Assembly: GCA_903908245.1 (NCBI GenBank)
Contig: CAIVRE010000011.1
Location: 2,411 to 66,410, forward strand
DNA: 64,000 nt
Reading direction: 5' to 3'
Origin: Candidatus Omnitrophota bacterium
GTDB taxonomy: Bacteria > Omnitrophota > Gorgyraeia > Zapsychrales > Fredricksoniimonadaceae
Shown here: positions 9,538 to 19,504 of the stretch, one piece after another
Numbering within the stretch: position 1 is the stretch's first letter
Layout of the letters: the number at the start of each line of letters is the position of its first letter
Notes under the pieces: generated by a model
The model's input: the letters and a program-made list of their open reading frames with translations, nothing else
What the model was told of the DNA's origin: nothing
Databases searched by the model: none
Position numbers and translations under genes: made by a program

Positions 9538-9566
9538 AATATAACAGACCGGCAGGGGATTGTCAA
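9538..9566 (-). promoter_or_regulatory. sigma70 promoter of ferredoxin
   Basis: Minus strand TTGACA-N17-TATATT with extended TGn. Confidence 0.7.
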
Positions 9567-9573
9567 AATAAAT

Positions 9574-11040
9574 TTAATTTGATGACGACGGGCCGGAGGT
9601 CTTTTTCTGGCCAACGGCTTTTTTCCAGAAATAGTCCAGGAAGGCGCCAAGTCCGTAGATCTTCCTTAAGAGATCTCCGACGCTGTGGATCGTAATGAAC
9701 ATCCGCCAGATCTGTCCTGGGCGAAGGTAGAACTCTTTCAATCCCATATCGACATAGCGGTTGATGTCCTGCGCGGTGAATTGCGGGTAAGAGACCAGGG
9801 TCCGCTGTTCGCCTTCAGGCGTGAGCCAGTCCGACCAGTCGTTGGCCAGGATATAATTATTATCTTTGGCCCATTTGTAAAGAGCCGTGCCGGGATAGGT
9901 GGCGATGCCGGTGATCTGCATGGTATCGAGCGGTAATGATTTCGCGTAATCAATGGTCGCCTGTGCGCTGGCCCCGGTTTCGCCTGGGGCTCCGACCATG
10001 AAACATCCATGGATCGTAAAGCCCAGTTTATGCGCGGTTGTGGCAAAAGTCCGGCCCATTTCGATGCTGACGCCGCCTTTGCGGATCACACGCAGTGCTT
10101 CATTGGTCCCGAATTCGAACCCTACCATCAGCATTCGGCAGTTGGACTGTTTCATCAGGGGCAGGACGCTTAGATCGGTGTTGACGCGCATATTGCATGA
10201 CCAGCCGACCTTCTTGTGGATACCGCGGCGGATGATCTCTGCGCAGACCTGTCGGACATGATCGGGGTTCGCCCCGAATGTGTCGGTCTCGAACATGATC
10301 TCGCGGATCTGTGGAAAGAGCTTGATGTCGTATTCCATTTCATCGACCACTTGAATGGCGGTGCGGTTGCGCAGGGTGTGCCCGTACATCATTTGAGGGT
10401 CGCGGCAGAAGGAACAGGCGTTGTTACATCCCCGGCCGGTCATTAATGTGAGGAAAGGATATCTTTTCCCGGCATCCGGATACCATTCCGGCTTGATCAG
10501 GTGCCAGGCAGGGAACGGAAGACCGGTTACATCCAGCGGAGGCCTGTTGGGGTTATCAATAACCCGGGTACCGTCAAACCAGGAAAGGCCTTGAATGTCA
10601 TTAAGAGCAGCGCCATCGGCCAGGTCCCGCAGGGAATAGTCGTATTCAGAGCGCAGGATATAGTCCACCACGTTCGAACCGATGTCGAAAGTGTTCCGGA
10701 CTTCTGCCGTGACATGTTGACCAACCAGGGCCACTTTACAGCCGGTAAGGCGTTTTATTTCCGCGGCTTGTTTGATGTCTGCGTAAATAGAAGGGGTGGT
10801 CGCGTGAATGACCAGCAGGTCCGGTTTAAAGCTGTGAATGGTCTTGTAGGCTTCTTCAACCGGCATGTTGCGGGCCGCGGCTTCCACGAAAATAACATCA
10901 TGCCCCTTGTTCAGAAGGACCTGGGCAGCGGTTAAAAGGTATTCGGGATGGCGCTGGACCCGGCCGCGGGACCTGGCAGCCCAGCGCGCCACGCGGACAA
11001 AGTTGTTGCCATAAGAGGGGTTAAGGATCGCGACTTTCAT
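9574..11040 (-). CDS. B12-binding radical SAM protein (HpnJ-like N-terminus)
   Basis: GRGCNNACSFC (CxxxCxxC). N-terminal cobalamin-binding-like domain with ARWAARSR, TTPS, GQHVT, EYD. VGFEFG. Confidence 0.85.
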   Translation of the reverse strand: MKVAILNPSYGNNFVRVARWAARSRGRVQRHPEYLLTAAQVLLNKGHDVIFVEAAARNMPVEEAYKTIHSFKPDLLVIHATTPSIYADIKQAAEIKRLTGCKVALVGQHVTAEVRNTFDIGSNVVDYILRSEYDYSLRDLADGAALNDIQGLSWFDGTRVIDNPNRPPLDVTGLPFPAWHLIKPEWYPDAGKRYPFLTLMTGRGCNNACSFCRDPQMMYGHTLRNRTAIQVVDEMEYDIKLFPQIREIMFETDTFGANPDHVRQVCAEIIRRGIHKKVGWSCNMRVNTDLSVLPLMKQSNCRMLMVGFEFGTNEALRVIRKGGVSIEMGRTFATTAHKLGFTIHGCFMVGAPGETGASAQATIDYAKSLPLDTMQITGIATYPGTALYKWAKDNNYILANDWSDWLTPEGEQRTLVSYPQFTAQDINRYVDMGLKEFYLRPGQIWRMFITIHSVGDLLRKIYGLGAFLDYFWKKAVGQKKTSGPSSSN

Positions 11041-11099
11041 GGTTTGAATATCGTACTCGTTCCTGCTGGTTTAGGCAAATAATTAGTCAAGAATGATTG

Positions 11100-11128
11100 T
11101 TGACGCTTGGTAGGCAAATGCCTATAAT
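11100..11128 (+). promoter_or_regulatory. sigma70 promoter of acnA operon with palindromic operator TAGGCA-AA-TGCCTA in the spacer
   Basis: TTGACG(11100)-N17-TATAAT(11123). Palindrome at 11111-11124. GGAG RBS before ATG 11155. Confidence 0.75.
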
Positions 11129-11154
11129 TTAACCCTTACACCAATGGAGTTAAT

Positions 11155-13851
11155 ATGAAATTCAATAAAAGAGCCCTTGTACAGCCGTTAAAGGCAGGCA
11201 ATAAGACGTTTAAGATCTATCAGCTTTCGAGGCTTGGCAAGCTTGGATTGGGGGATGTTTCCCGTTTGCCCTTTTCTATCCGTATCCTTCTTGAGAGTGC
11301 GGTCCGGAATTTTGATGATTACCAGGTCACTTTTGATGATATCAGGACCATTGCGGAATGGAAGCCTGTTAATGAGCTTAAGGAGATTGCGTTCAAACCC
11401 GGCAGGGTCATCCTGCAGGATTTTACCGGCGTTCCCTGTGTGGTTGACCTGGCGGCTATGCGTGAGCAGATGAAGCGCATGGGGGGGGATGTCAAAAAGA
11501 TCAACCCTCAGGTGCATTGCGACCTGGTCATTGACCACTCCCTTCAGGTGGATGCTTTTGGTTCGCCCAAAGCTTTTGACAAGAATGTGTCGCTTGAGTT
11601 CAAGCGGAATAAAGAGCGTTATGAGTTCCTGAAATGGGGCCAGAATACGTTCAATAATTTTCGGGTCATCCCTCCGGCTACAGGGATCATCCATCAGGTC
11701 AATCTTGAATATCTGGCTACCGGTGTTCTTCAAAAGAAAGAGGGGAAGGATATTGTCCTTTATCCCGATTCACTGGTAGGGACCGACAGTCATACGACCA
11801 TGATCAACGGGCTTGGCATTGTGGGTTGGGGTGTGGGCGGGATCGAGGCAGAGTCGGTGATGCTGGGCGAGCCTTTGTGCATGGTCATACCTGATGTGAT
11901 CGGTGTCCGGCTGACGGGCAGGATGAAGGAAGGCGTGACCGCGACCGATGTGGTGCTGACGGTCGTTGAGATGCTCAGAAAACGCGGGGTTGTTGATAAA
12001 TTTGTCGAGTTTTTCGGGCCGGGGTTGAAAGGCCTGTCTTTGGCGGACAGGGCGACTATTGCCAACATGTGCCCTGAATATGGCGCCACGATCGGTATTT
12101 TCCCGGTTGATGAGGTCACGCTTGATTATTACAGGCTGACTGGCCGTGTGAAAGAGGCCGTGACCCTTGAGGCATATTCCAGGGCGCAGGGGCTTTTTGA
12201 CCCTTATAAGAAGAATGAGCCGGTTTTTACAGATCTTTTAACACTTGATATCAATACTGTTCAGCCTTGCCTCTCAGGCCCCAAGCGCCCGCAGGACCGT
12301 GTGCTTTTGTCGGATCTGAAGGACGGGTTTACGCAGTCTCTTTCAATGCCGGCGGGGAATAAAGGTTTTGGGTTGCCGCCGGAGGCTTTAGGGAAAGAAG
12401 AGCTTGTTGCCGGGAGTAAAGATGCTATTACGCATGGAAGCGTGGTGTTGGCTGCGATCACCAGTTGTACGAATACATCCAATCCTTCCGTGTTGATCGG
12501 GGCGGGGTTGCTGGCGAAGAACGCTGTTGCCAGGGGGCTCAAGGTCAGGAAGTTTGTCAAGACTTCGCTTACGCCCGGCTCGCAGGTGGTCGATGAATAT
12601 TTGACGAAAAGCGGGCTGATGTCCTCGCTTGAGGCTTTGGGGTTCCATAATGTCGGCTATGGTTGTGCGACATGTATCGGCAACAGCGGGCCCTTGCCGG
12701 AGCCGGTGGCTTTGGCGATCGAGAAAGGATGCCTGATCGCGGCCAGTGTTACGTCGGGCAATCGCAATTTTGAAGGGCGCATCAATCCGCATGTAAAGGC
12801 CAATTATCTGGCTTCTCCATTGTTGGTTGTTGCTTTCGCACTGGCCGGGACGGTCAATATTGACCTGTCCACAGAATCTGTCGGTAAGGATAAGGCCGGG
12901 AACGCTGTTTATCTTCGTGATATCTGGCCGACACAGGATGAGGTGTCTGAATTGACCCGGAAGTTTGTAACACCCGGGGCTTTTAAAGGCCGTTATGCCC
13001 GTGCAGTCAAAGGGAACAGGGACTGGGCGGCGATCAAAACGATCAAGAGTGAGCTGTACCGTTGGAATAAGAAGAGCTCTTATATCCAGGAACCTCCGTA
13101 TTTTGAGGGAATGCTTAACGGCCCAAGGGTGGTTGAAGATATCAAGAACGCCCGGGCCCTGGTGATGGTGGGGGATTCGATCACGACCGATCATATCTCG
13201 CCGGCCGGGAATATTTCTGTCAGGAGTCCCGCGGGAGAGTATTTGATGTCCCTTGGGGTCGAGGCAAACGATTTTAACAGTTATGGCGCGCGCCGCGGCA
13301 ACGACCGTGTGATGAGCCGCGGGACATTTGCCAATATTCGTCTGAAAAACATGCTTGCGCCCGGAACGGAAGGCTCCTGGACCACGCACATTCCGTCCGG
13401 CCAGAAAACAAGTATTTTTGATGCTTCGGTGCGGTATAGAAAAGAAGGCGTTGCGCTGATCGGAATCGCCGGCAAGGAATATGGAACGGGTTCAAGCCGC
13501 GACTGGGCGGCCAAGGGGCCGGCGTTATTGGGGATCAGGGCTGTTATTGCGGAAAGTTTTGAACGCATTCATCGCAGCAATCTGGCCGGAATGGGAATTA
13601 TGCCGCTGCAGTTCAAGCCGGGGGAGAACGCGCAGGCCCTGGGATTGACCGGACAGGAATTGTTCGATATCCTCGGCCTTGATGAAGGGTTGAAGCCTCG
13701 CCGGGAGTTGACCGTCAGGGCAGTATCTTCCGATGGCGTAAAGAAAGAATTTAAAGTGACCGTAAGGCTCGACACGCCTGTTGAGGTTAACTATTACCGT
13801 AACGGCGGTATTTTGCAGACGGTATTGGGGAAGTTAAATGGAGGATCTTGA
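11155..13851 (+). CDS. acnA: Aconitate hydratase A
   Basis: [68 protein letters not shown]. Confidence 0.97.
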   Translation: MKFNKRALVQPLKAGNKTFKIYQLSRLGKLGLGDVSRLPFSIRILLESAVRNFDDYQVTFDDIRTIAEWKPVNELKEIAFKPGRVILQDFTGVPCVVDLAAMREQMKRMGGDVKKINPQVHCDLVIDHSLQVDAFGSPKAFDKNVSLEFKRNKERYEFLKWGQNTFNNFRVIPPATGIIHQVNLEYLATGVLQKKEGKDIVLYPDSLVGTDSHTTMINGLGIVGWGVGGIEAESVMLGEPLCMVIPDVIGVRLTGRMKEGVTATDVVLTVVEMLRKRGVVDKFVEFFGPGLKGLSLADRATIANMCPEYGATIGIFPVDEVTLDYYRLTGRVKEAVTLEAYSRAQGLFDPYKKNEPVFTDLLTLDINTVQPCLSGPKRPQDRVLLSDLKDGFTQSLSMPAGNKGFGLPPEALGKEELVAGSKDAITHGSVVLAAITSCTNTSNPSVLIGAGLLAKNAVARGLKVRKFVKTSLTPGSQVVDEYLTKSGLMSSLEALGFHNVGYGCATCIGNSGPLPEPVALAIEKGCLIAASVTSGNRNFEGRINPHVKANYLASPLLVVAFALAGTVNIDLSTESVGKDKAGNAVYLRDIWPTQDEVSELTRKFVTPGAFKGRYARAVKGNRDWAAIKTIKSELYRWNKKSSYIQEPPYFEGMLNGPRVVEDIKNARALVMVGDSITTDHISPAGNISVRSPAGEYLMSLGVEANDFNSYGARRGNDRVMSRGTFANIRLKNMLAPGTEGSWTTHIPSGQKTSIFDASVRYRKEGVALIGIAGKEYGTGSSRDWAAKGPALLGIRAVIAESFERIHRSNLAGMGIMPLQFKPGENAQALGLTGQELFDILGLDEGLKPRRELTVRAVSSDGVKKEFKVTVRLDTPVEVNYYRNGGILQTVLGKLNGGS

Positions 13852-13852
13852 A

Positions 13853-15268
13853 ATGCCGAAGACAATGTACCAGAAGATCTGGGACGCGCATGTGGTGAAC
13901 GAAGGGGAGAATGGTGCGGCCGCGCTCATTTATGTTGATCGCCATTTGATCCATGAAGTGACCAGCCCCCAGGCGTTCGATGGGCTGCGTGTTGCCGGGC
14001 GAAAGGCGCGTTGTCCGAAAAAAACATTTGCCACGATGGATCATAATGTTCCGACGAGAAGCAGGGACCTGGCGCTGGCCGGAGAAGCTTCCCGCCTTCA
14101 GATAACCCAGCTTCAGAAGAATTGCGCGGAGTTCGGGATAAAGTGTTTTGATCTTGCGGATGAAGACCAGGGGGTGGTCCATATCATTGGGCCCGAGCTT
14201 GGCATTACTCAGCCGGGGATGGTCATCGTTTGCGGAGATTCCCATACGGCGACCCATGGCGCTTTCGGTTCACTCGCATTCGGGATCGGGACATCCGAGG
14301 TGGAGCATGTTCTGTCCACCCAGACGCTGCAGCAGAAAATATCGAAGACCATGCTGATCAATGTCAACGGCCGGCTGGACAACGGAGTGACCCCGAAGGA
14401 TGTTATTTTATATATTATCGGCCTTATCGGCACCGCAGGGGCAACGGGGTATGTGATCGAATACGCCGGGTCAACGATTGCGGATATGTCCATGGAGGGC
14501 CGGATGACCGTTTGCAACATGTCGATCGAGGCGGGTGCGCGGGGGGGGATGATCGCTCCCGATGAAGTCACGTATACGTATTTGCAGGGAAGAGACTATT
14601 CTCCCAAGGGGAAGAACTGGGTCAATGCGGTCGCTTACTGGAAAACACTTAAAAGTGATGTGGGCGCAAAATTCGATAAAGTGATCAATATCAAGGCCGA
14701 AGCGATTGCGCCGCAGGTGACCTGGGGGACAAGTCCTGGTCAGGTGGTGAATGTTGACGCCGCGGTCCCCGCGCCTGAAAGTTTCAAGGATCCTGTGGCG
14801 CAATCCGCCGCCAGGAATGCTTTGAAATATATGGACCTCAAGGCCGGCATTAAAATGACGGATATCAGGATCGATGTTGTTTTTATCGGGTCCTGTACGA
14901 ACGGGCGTATTGAAGATCTGCGTGCGGCGTCCGTTGTTGTCAAAGGCAAGGAAGTTGCTCAAGGCGTTCAGGCGATCATTGTTCCCGGTTCCGGACGGGT
15001 GAAACGCCAGGCAGAGAAGGAAGGCCTGGACAAGGTCTTTATTGCCGCCGGGTTTGAATGGCGTCACGCGGGTTGTTCCATGTGTCTCGCCATGAATGAC
15101 GACCAGTTGACGCCCGGTCAGCGCTGCGCCGCCACGTCGAACCGTAATTTTGAGGGCCGTCAAGGCCCCGGCGGGCGAACTCATCTTGTCGGCCCCGAAA
15201 TGGCGGCGGCCGCGGCTATTACGGGCCGGATCACGGACATCAGAGAATTCATGAAGAGAGGAAAATAA
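13853..15268 (+). CDS. leuC: 3-isopropylmalate dehydratase large subunit
   Basis: [43 protein letters not shown]. Start may instead be 13838. Confidence 0.96.
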   Translation: MPKTMYQKIWDAHVVNEGENGAAALIYVDRHLIHEVTSPQAFDGLRVAGRKARCPKKTFATMDHNVPTRSRDLALAGEASRLQITQLQKNCAEFGIKCFDLADEDQGVVHIIGPELGITQPGMVIVCGDSHTATHGAFGSLAFGIGTSEVEHVLSTQTLQQKISKTMLINVNGRLDNGVTPKDVILYIIGLIGTAGATGYVIEYAGSTIADMSMEGRMTVCNMSIEAGARGGMIAPDEVTYTYLQGRDYSPKGKNWVNAVAYWKTLKSDVGAKFDKVINIKAEAIAPQVTWGTSPGQVVNVDAAVPAPESFKDPVAQSAARNALKYMDLKAGIKMTDIRIDVVFIGSCTNGRIEDLRAASVVVKGKEVAQGVQAIIVPGSGRVKRQAEKEGLDKVFIAAGFEWRHAGCSMCLAMNDDQLTPGQRCAATSNRNFEGRQGPGGRTHLVGPEMAAAAAITGRITDIREFMKRGK

Positions 15269-15270
15269 CA

Positions 15271-15882
15271 ATGACCCCTTTTACGATGCTCACGGGCGTT
15301 GCCGCGCCGTTGGACCGTTCCAATGTGGATACCGATGCCATCATCCCCAAGCAGTTCCTGAGGAAGATCGAGCGAACCGGTTTTGGCAAACATTTGTTCC
15401 ATGAGTGGCGGTTCACCGACTATGAAGGCACCAAAGAGAACCCGGACTTTATCCTTAATAAAGAGCCTTTTCGCAGGGCGCCTATTCTTTTGGCCCGGGA
15501 CAATTTTGGTTGTGGATCTTCGCGAGAACATGCGCCCTGGGCGCTGTACGATCATGGTTTTCGCTGCATCATCGCGCCGAGCTTTGCCGATATCTTTTAT
15601 AACAATTGCATCAAGAACGGCATTCTTCTGGTCACGCTCAAATCCGATGAAGTGGACGAACTTTTCGCCGTATCCGCCTTTGGCGCTTCGGGGTTGATCG
15701 CGGTCGACCTGGAGAAGCAGGTGGTCAATGCGGCGGGGAAGAAATTTCATTTCAAGATCGACGCATTTAATAAAGAATGCCTTCTCAAAGGCCTTGACCA
15801 GATCGGCTGGTCATTGCAGTTCGCCGGAAAGATCGACGAGTACGAGGCAGCGCTTGCGGCACAAAAGCCATGGGTGATATGA
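15271..15882 (+). CDS. leuD: 3-isopropylmalate dehydratase small subunit
   Basis: [33 protein letters not shown]. Confidence 0.96.
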   Translation: MTPFTMLTGVAAPLDRSNVDTDAIIPKQFLRKIERTGFGKHLFHEWRFTDYEGTKENPDFILNKEPFRRAPILLARDNFGCGSSREHAPWALYDHGFRCIIAPSFADIFYNNCIKNGILLVTLKSDEVDELFAVSAFGASGLIAVDLEKQVVNAAGKKFHFKIDAFNKECLLKGLDQIGWSLQFAGKIDEYEAALAAQKPWVI

Positions 15883-17561
15883 GCCCGAAGGCTATTCGTA
15901 CGCATTCCAGTATCGTTGTCGACGGCAAGGGCCGCGCGCCTAACCGGTCGATGCTGCGTGCCGTGGGGTTCAAGACCGCGGATTTTCAAAAGCCGCAGGT
16001 GGGTGTAGCCTCGACCTGGAGCATGGTCACTCCCTGCAATATGCATATCGACGCCCTGGCCCGCGAATCCGAGAAAGGCGTGAATGCTTCCGGTGGTAAA
16101 GCGGTCATCTTTAATACCATTACGGTCTCTGACGCCATTGGTATGGGGACCGAGGGCATGAAATATTCGCTGGTTTCCCGCGAGGTCATTGCGGATTCTA
16201 TTGAAACGGTGGCCGGTTGTGAAGGGTTCGACGGTGTTGTTGCCATCGGCGGCTGCGACAAGAATATGCCAGGGTGTATCATGGCCATGGCTCGGCTCAA
16301 TCGTCCTGCGGTGTTCGTTTATGGCGGGACGATCATGCCGGGCCGGCATAAGGGCAGGAATGTGGATATTGTCTCTGTGTTCGAAGCGGTAGGGGCCAAT
16401 GCGAACCGCCAGATCTCCGACAGGGAGTTGAATGATATCGAGTGTGCCGCGATCCCCGGCCCGGGGTCTTGCGGCGGGATGTACACGGCCAACACGATGG
16501 CTTCGGCCATAGAGGCGCTCGGAATGTCGCTTCCGGGAAGTTCTTCCCAGGCGGCGATCTCGCCGGAAAAGAATACGGATTGCCGTTCGGCGGGAAAGGC
16601 GGTCGTGAACCTGATCGCCAGGGGGATACGCCCTCGCGATATCATGACCCGCAAGGCATTTGAAAATGCCATTACTGTCGTGATGGCCCTGGGCGGTTCA
16701 ACGAATGCCGTCCTTCATTTACTGGCGATCGCGCACAGCATTGGCGTAAAACTTTCTATTGACGATTTTACATTGATCGGCCGGCGTGTGCCGGTATTGG
16801 CGGACCTTAAACCCAGCGGCCGTTTCATGATGGCAGAACTTGCCGCGATCGGGGGGGCCGTGCCACTGATGAAGATGCTGCTCGAGAAGGGACTTTTGCA
16901 CGGGGATTGCCTTACGGTCACGGGCAAGACCCTTCGGGAGAATCTGAGGCTGGTCAATCCTTATCCTCAGGGGCAGGCGATCATCCGTCCGTTCAGTGAT
17001 CCGGTCAAGCCGACGGGGCATCTGGTGATCCTTTACGGGAATCTGGCCGGGACGGGGGCTGTTGCCAAGATCTCGGGGAAGGAAGGCGAAGCCTTCCGCG
17101 GAAAGGCGATCGTGTTTGATTCCGAAGAACGCGCGCTCAAGGCGATCCTCGGCGGGAAAGTTAAAAAAGGGCATGTTGTCGTTATCCGTTATGAGGGGCC
17201 GAGGGGCGGCCCGGGTATGCGCGAAATGCTGGCACCTACCTCCGCTATTATGGGCCGTGGCTTGGGAAAAGATGTCGCCCTGATCACGGACGGGCGGTTC
17301 TCCGGCGGAAGCCACGGTTTCGTTGTCGGGCATATTACCCCCGAAGCTTTTGTTGGCGGAACGCTTGCTATCATTAAAAACAACGATACAATAATTATTG
17401 ACGCAATAAAAAGAACGATCGATGTCGGGATATCCAAATCCGAGATCGTCCGGAGGCTGAAGGCCTGGCGTGCTCCCAGGCCGCGGTATACGCGCGGTGT
17501 CCTGGCAAAATACGCGAAGTGTGTGGCTTCAGCTCATTTGGGCGCGGTAACAGACCTTTAA
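15879..17561 (+). CDS. ilvD: Dihydroxy-acid dehydratase
   Basis: [53 protein letters not shown]. Confidence 0.96.
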   Translation: MSPKAIRTHSSIVVDGKGRAPNRSMLRAVGFKTADFQKPQVGVASTWSMVTPCNMHIDALARESEKGVNASGGKAVIFNTITVSDAIGMGTEGMKYSLVSREVIADSIETVAGCEGFDGVVAIGGCDKNMPGCIMAMARLNRPAVFVYGGTIMPGRHKGRNVDIVSVFEAVGANANRQISDRELNDIECAAIPGPGSCGGMYTANTMASAIEALGMSLPGSSSQAAISPEKNTDCRSAGKAVVNLIARGIRPRDIMTRKAFENAITVVMALGGSTNAVLHLLAIAHSIGVKLSIDDFTLIGRRVPVLADLKPSGRFMMAELAAIGGAVPLMKMLLEKGLLHGDCLTVTGKTLRENLRLVNPYPQGQAIIRPFSDPVKPTGHLVILYGNLAGTGAVAKISGKEGEAFRGKAIVFDSEERALKAILGGKVKKGHVVVIRYEGPRGGPGMREMLAPTSAIMGRGLGKDVALITDGRFSGGSHGFVVGHITPEAFVGGTLAIIKNNDTIIIDAIKRTIDVGISKSEIVRRLKAWRAPRPRYTRGVLAKYAKCVASAHLGAVTDL

Positions 17562-17573
17562 TCAAGGCGGGCT

Positions 17574-18641
17574 ATGGCAGGGAACACCTTTGGTCAGATC
17601 TTTAAAGTTACGACTTTTGGCGAAAGCCACGGAGCGGGGATCGGGTGTGTGATCGACGGAGTTCCGCCGGGCATGCCTCTTTCGGCGGAAGATATCCAGC
17701 AAGACCTTGACCGCCGTAAACCGGGCCAGAGTGAAGTCACGACCCGGCGCAAGGAAAGCGATATCGTCGAGGTCCTTTCCGGCGTTTTTGAAGGCAAGTC
17801 AACCGGCGCGCCTGTGGCATTGTTGATCCGTAATGCCGATCAGCATCCCGGGGATTATGACAACATTAAAGACATTTTCCGTCCGGGGCATGCGGATCAT
17901 ACTTTCTTTCAGAAGTTCGGTCTTCGCGATCATCGGGGCGGAGGGCGTTCGTCCGGCCGTGAGACCGCAGCCCGTGTTGCGGCCGGGGCCATTGCCAAAA
18001 AGATCATTGCGCAAGCGGGCGTGAAGGTTACGGCGTACACTCTCTCCATCGGGGACGTTTGCGTTAAAGATATTGACCTGTCTGTTATTGAAAAGAATAT
18101 TATGCGTGCGCCCGATCTTGTGGCGGCTGCAGCAATGGTCAAGGCTGTTTCTGCTGCCAGGGATGAAGGCGATTCTCTCGGGGGTGTTATCGAGGTCCTG
18201 ATCGAAGGCTGTCCTGCCGGCCTGGGAGACCCTGTTTTTGACAAACTTGAAGCGTGCCTCGCGCATGCCATGATGTCGATCGGCGCTGTCAAAGGTATCG
18301 AATTTGGCGCCGGGTTCAATGCCGCCGCTAAAAAGGGGTCGCAAAACAACGACGAGGTTGTTGTCAAGGATGGCGCGATGGCGACTCGCCATAACTTCGC
18401 GGGTGGCGTTTCAGGCGGGATATCCAACGGGGAGCCTGTTGTCCTGCGGGTCGCTGTCAAGCCGACGTCGTCTATTGCGAAAAAACAGCGGTCCCTGAAC
18501 AAGGATATGGTCATGACGGATATCGAGATCAAGGGCCGCCATGATCCGTGCCTGTGCCCGAGGGTGGTCCCGGTAACAGAAGCCATGGCCGCACTGGTCA
18601 TCGCTGACCGCTTGCTGATCCAGCGAACATTAGGACGATAA
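17574..18641 (+). CDS. aroC: Chorismate synthase
   Basis: TFGESHG, RPGHAD, GGGRSSGRET, KPTSSI, GRHDPC. Confidence 0.96.
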   Translation: MAGNTFGQIFKVTTFGESHGAGIGCVIDGVPPGMPLSAEDIQQDLDRRKPGQSEVTTRRKESDIVEVLSGVFEGKSTGAPVALLIRNADQHPGDYDNIKDIFRPGHADHTFFQKFGLRDHRGGGRSSGRETAARVAAGAIAKKIIAQAGVKVTAYTLSIGDVCVKDIDLSVIEKNIMRAPDLVAAAAMVKAVSAARDEGDSLGGVIEVLIEGCPAGLGDPVFDKLEACLAHAMMSIGAVKGIEFGAGFNAAAKKGSQNNDEVVVKDGAMATRHNFAGGVSGGISNGEPVVLRVAVKPTSSIAKKQRSLNKDMVMTDIEIKGRHDPCLCPRVVPVTEAMAALVIADRLLIQRTLGR

Positions 18642-18646
18642 CTTCA

Positions 18647-19504
18647 ATGTCAACACCCAAGATCATCCTGATCACCGGCTGTTCCAGTGGTTTCGGGTTG
18701 CTTACGGCCGCCCGACTTGCGTCGAGCGGGCATAAGGTTTATGCCACCATGCGCGATCCGGGCAAGAAAGAATTCCTGGAGATCGAGACAGCCGCTCGTG
18801 GCGGAGAAAAGAGACTTAATATCCTTGCAATGGACGTTTCAAGGCCCGATACCATCAAGGCGGCGGTCAAAGAGATCGTGGCGCGCGAAGGGGTCATCGA
18901 TGTCCTTGTCAATAATGCCGGTTTCGGCATCGGCGGTTTTTTTGAAGACCTCAGCGATGCGGACTGGCGCGCTCAATATGATGTGAATTTCTTCGGGGTT
19001 CTCAATGTTACTCGTGAGGTGCTTCCCATCATGCGGCCGAGGCAGAAGGGCCTGGTCATTAACATTTCCAGCATGGCGGCTTTTTCCGGTACGCCGGCGT
19101 TCGGCGCGTACTGTTCAAGCAAGTTCGCGCTGGAGGGTTTTAGTGAATGCCTTTATATGGAGCTTCGTCCCCACGGGATCAGGGTGGCGCTCGTTGAGCC
19201 CGGGTCCTATCGTACCAAGATATTTGAAGAGAATGCCCGTTACGCGTCGCGGTTCTTTGATGCCGACAGCCCGTATTTCTCCTGGAGTCAGCGCCTGAAG
19301 CTTATGGTGGACCAGCATGCCCGCGCCAATCACCGTGACCCTGAAGAAGTGGCGGCGGAGATCGAGGCGATCATTGACAGCCCCGCCCCTTCGTTCCGCA
19401 ATATTGTCGGGTTCCGGTCCAGGGTCCGTTACTGGTTCGTGCGCCATATCCCTTTTAAATTCTACGCCTGGATGGTCGACCTGGCCCTGCCTTCCAATGC
19501 TTAA
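18647..19504 (+). CDS. Short-chain dehydrogenase/reductase
   Basis: ITGCSSGFG, NNAG, YCSSK. Confidence 0.9.
   Translation: MSTPKIILITGCSSGFGLLTAARLASSGHKVYATMRDPGKKEFLEIETAARGGEKRLNILAMDVSRPDTIKAAVKEIVAREGVIDVLVNNAGFGIGGFFEDLSDADWRAQYDVNFFGVLNVTREVLPIMRPRQKGLVINISSMAAFSGTPAFGAYCSSKFALEGFSECLYMELRPHGIRVALVEPGSYRTKIFEENARYASRFFDADSPYFSWSQRLKLMVDQHARANHRDPEEVAAEIEAIIDSPAPSFRNIVGFRSRVRYWFVRHIPFKFYAWMVDLALPSNA

Noticed and set aside
12388-13389. 333-aa minus-strand ORF
   Set aside because: Antisense shadow entirely within acnA; no recognisable motifs.
19317-19496. N-terminal extension of the patatin ORF (similar extensions at 21869, 23759, 31499, 54377, 63290)
   Set aside because: They overlap upstream genes extensively; downstream starts coupled to the preceding stop codons fit better.
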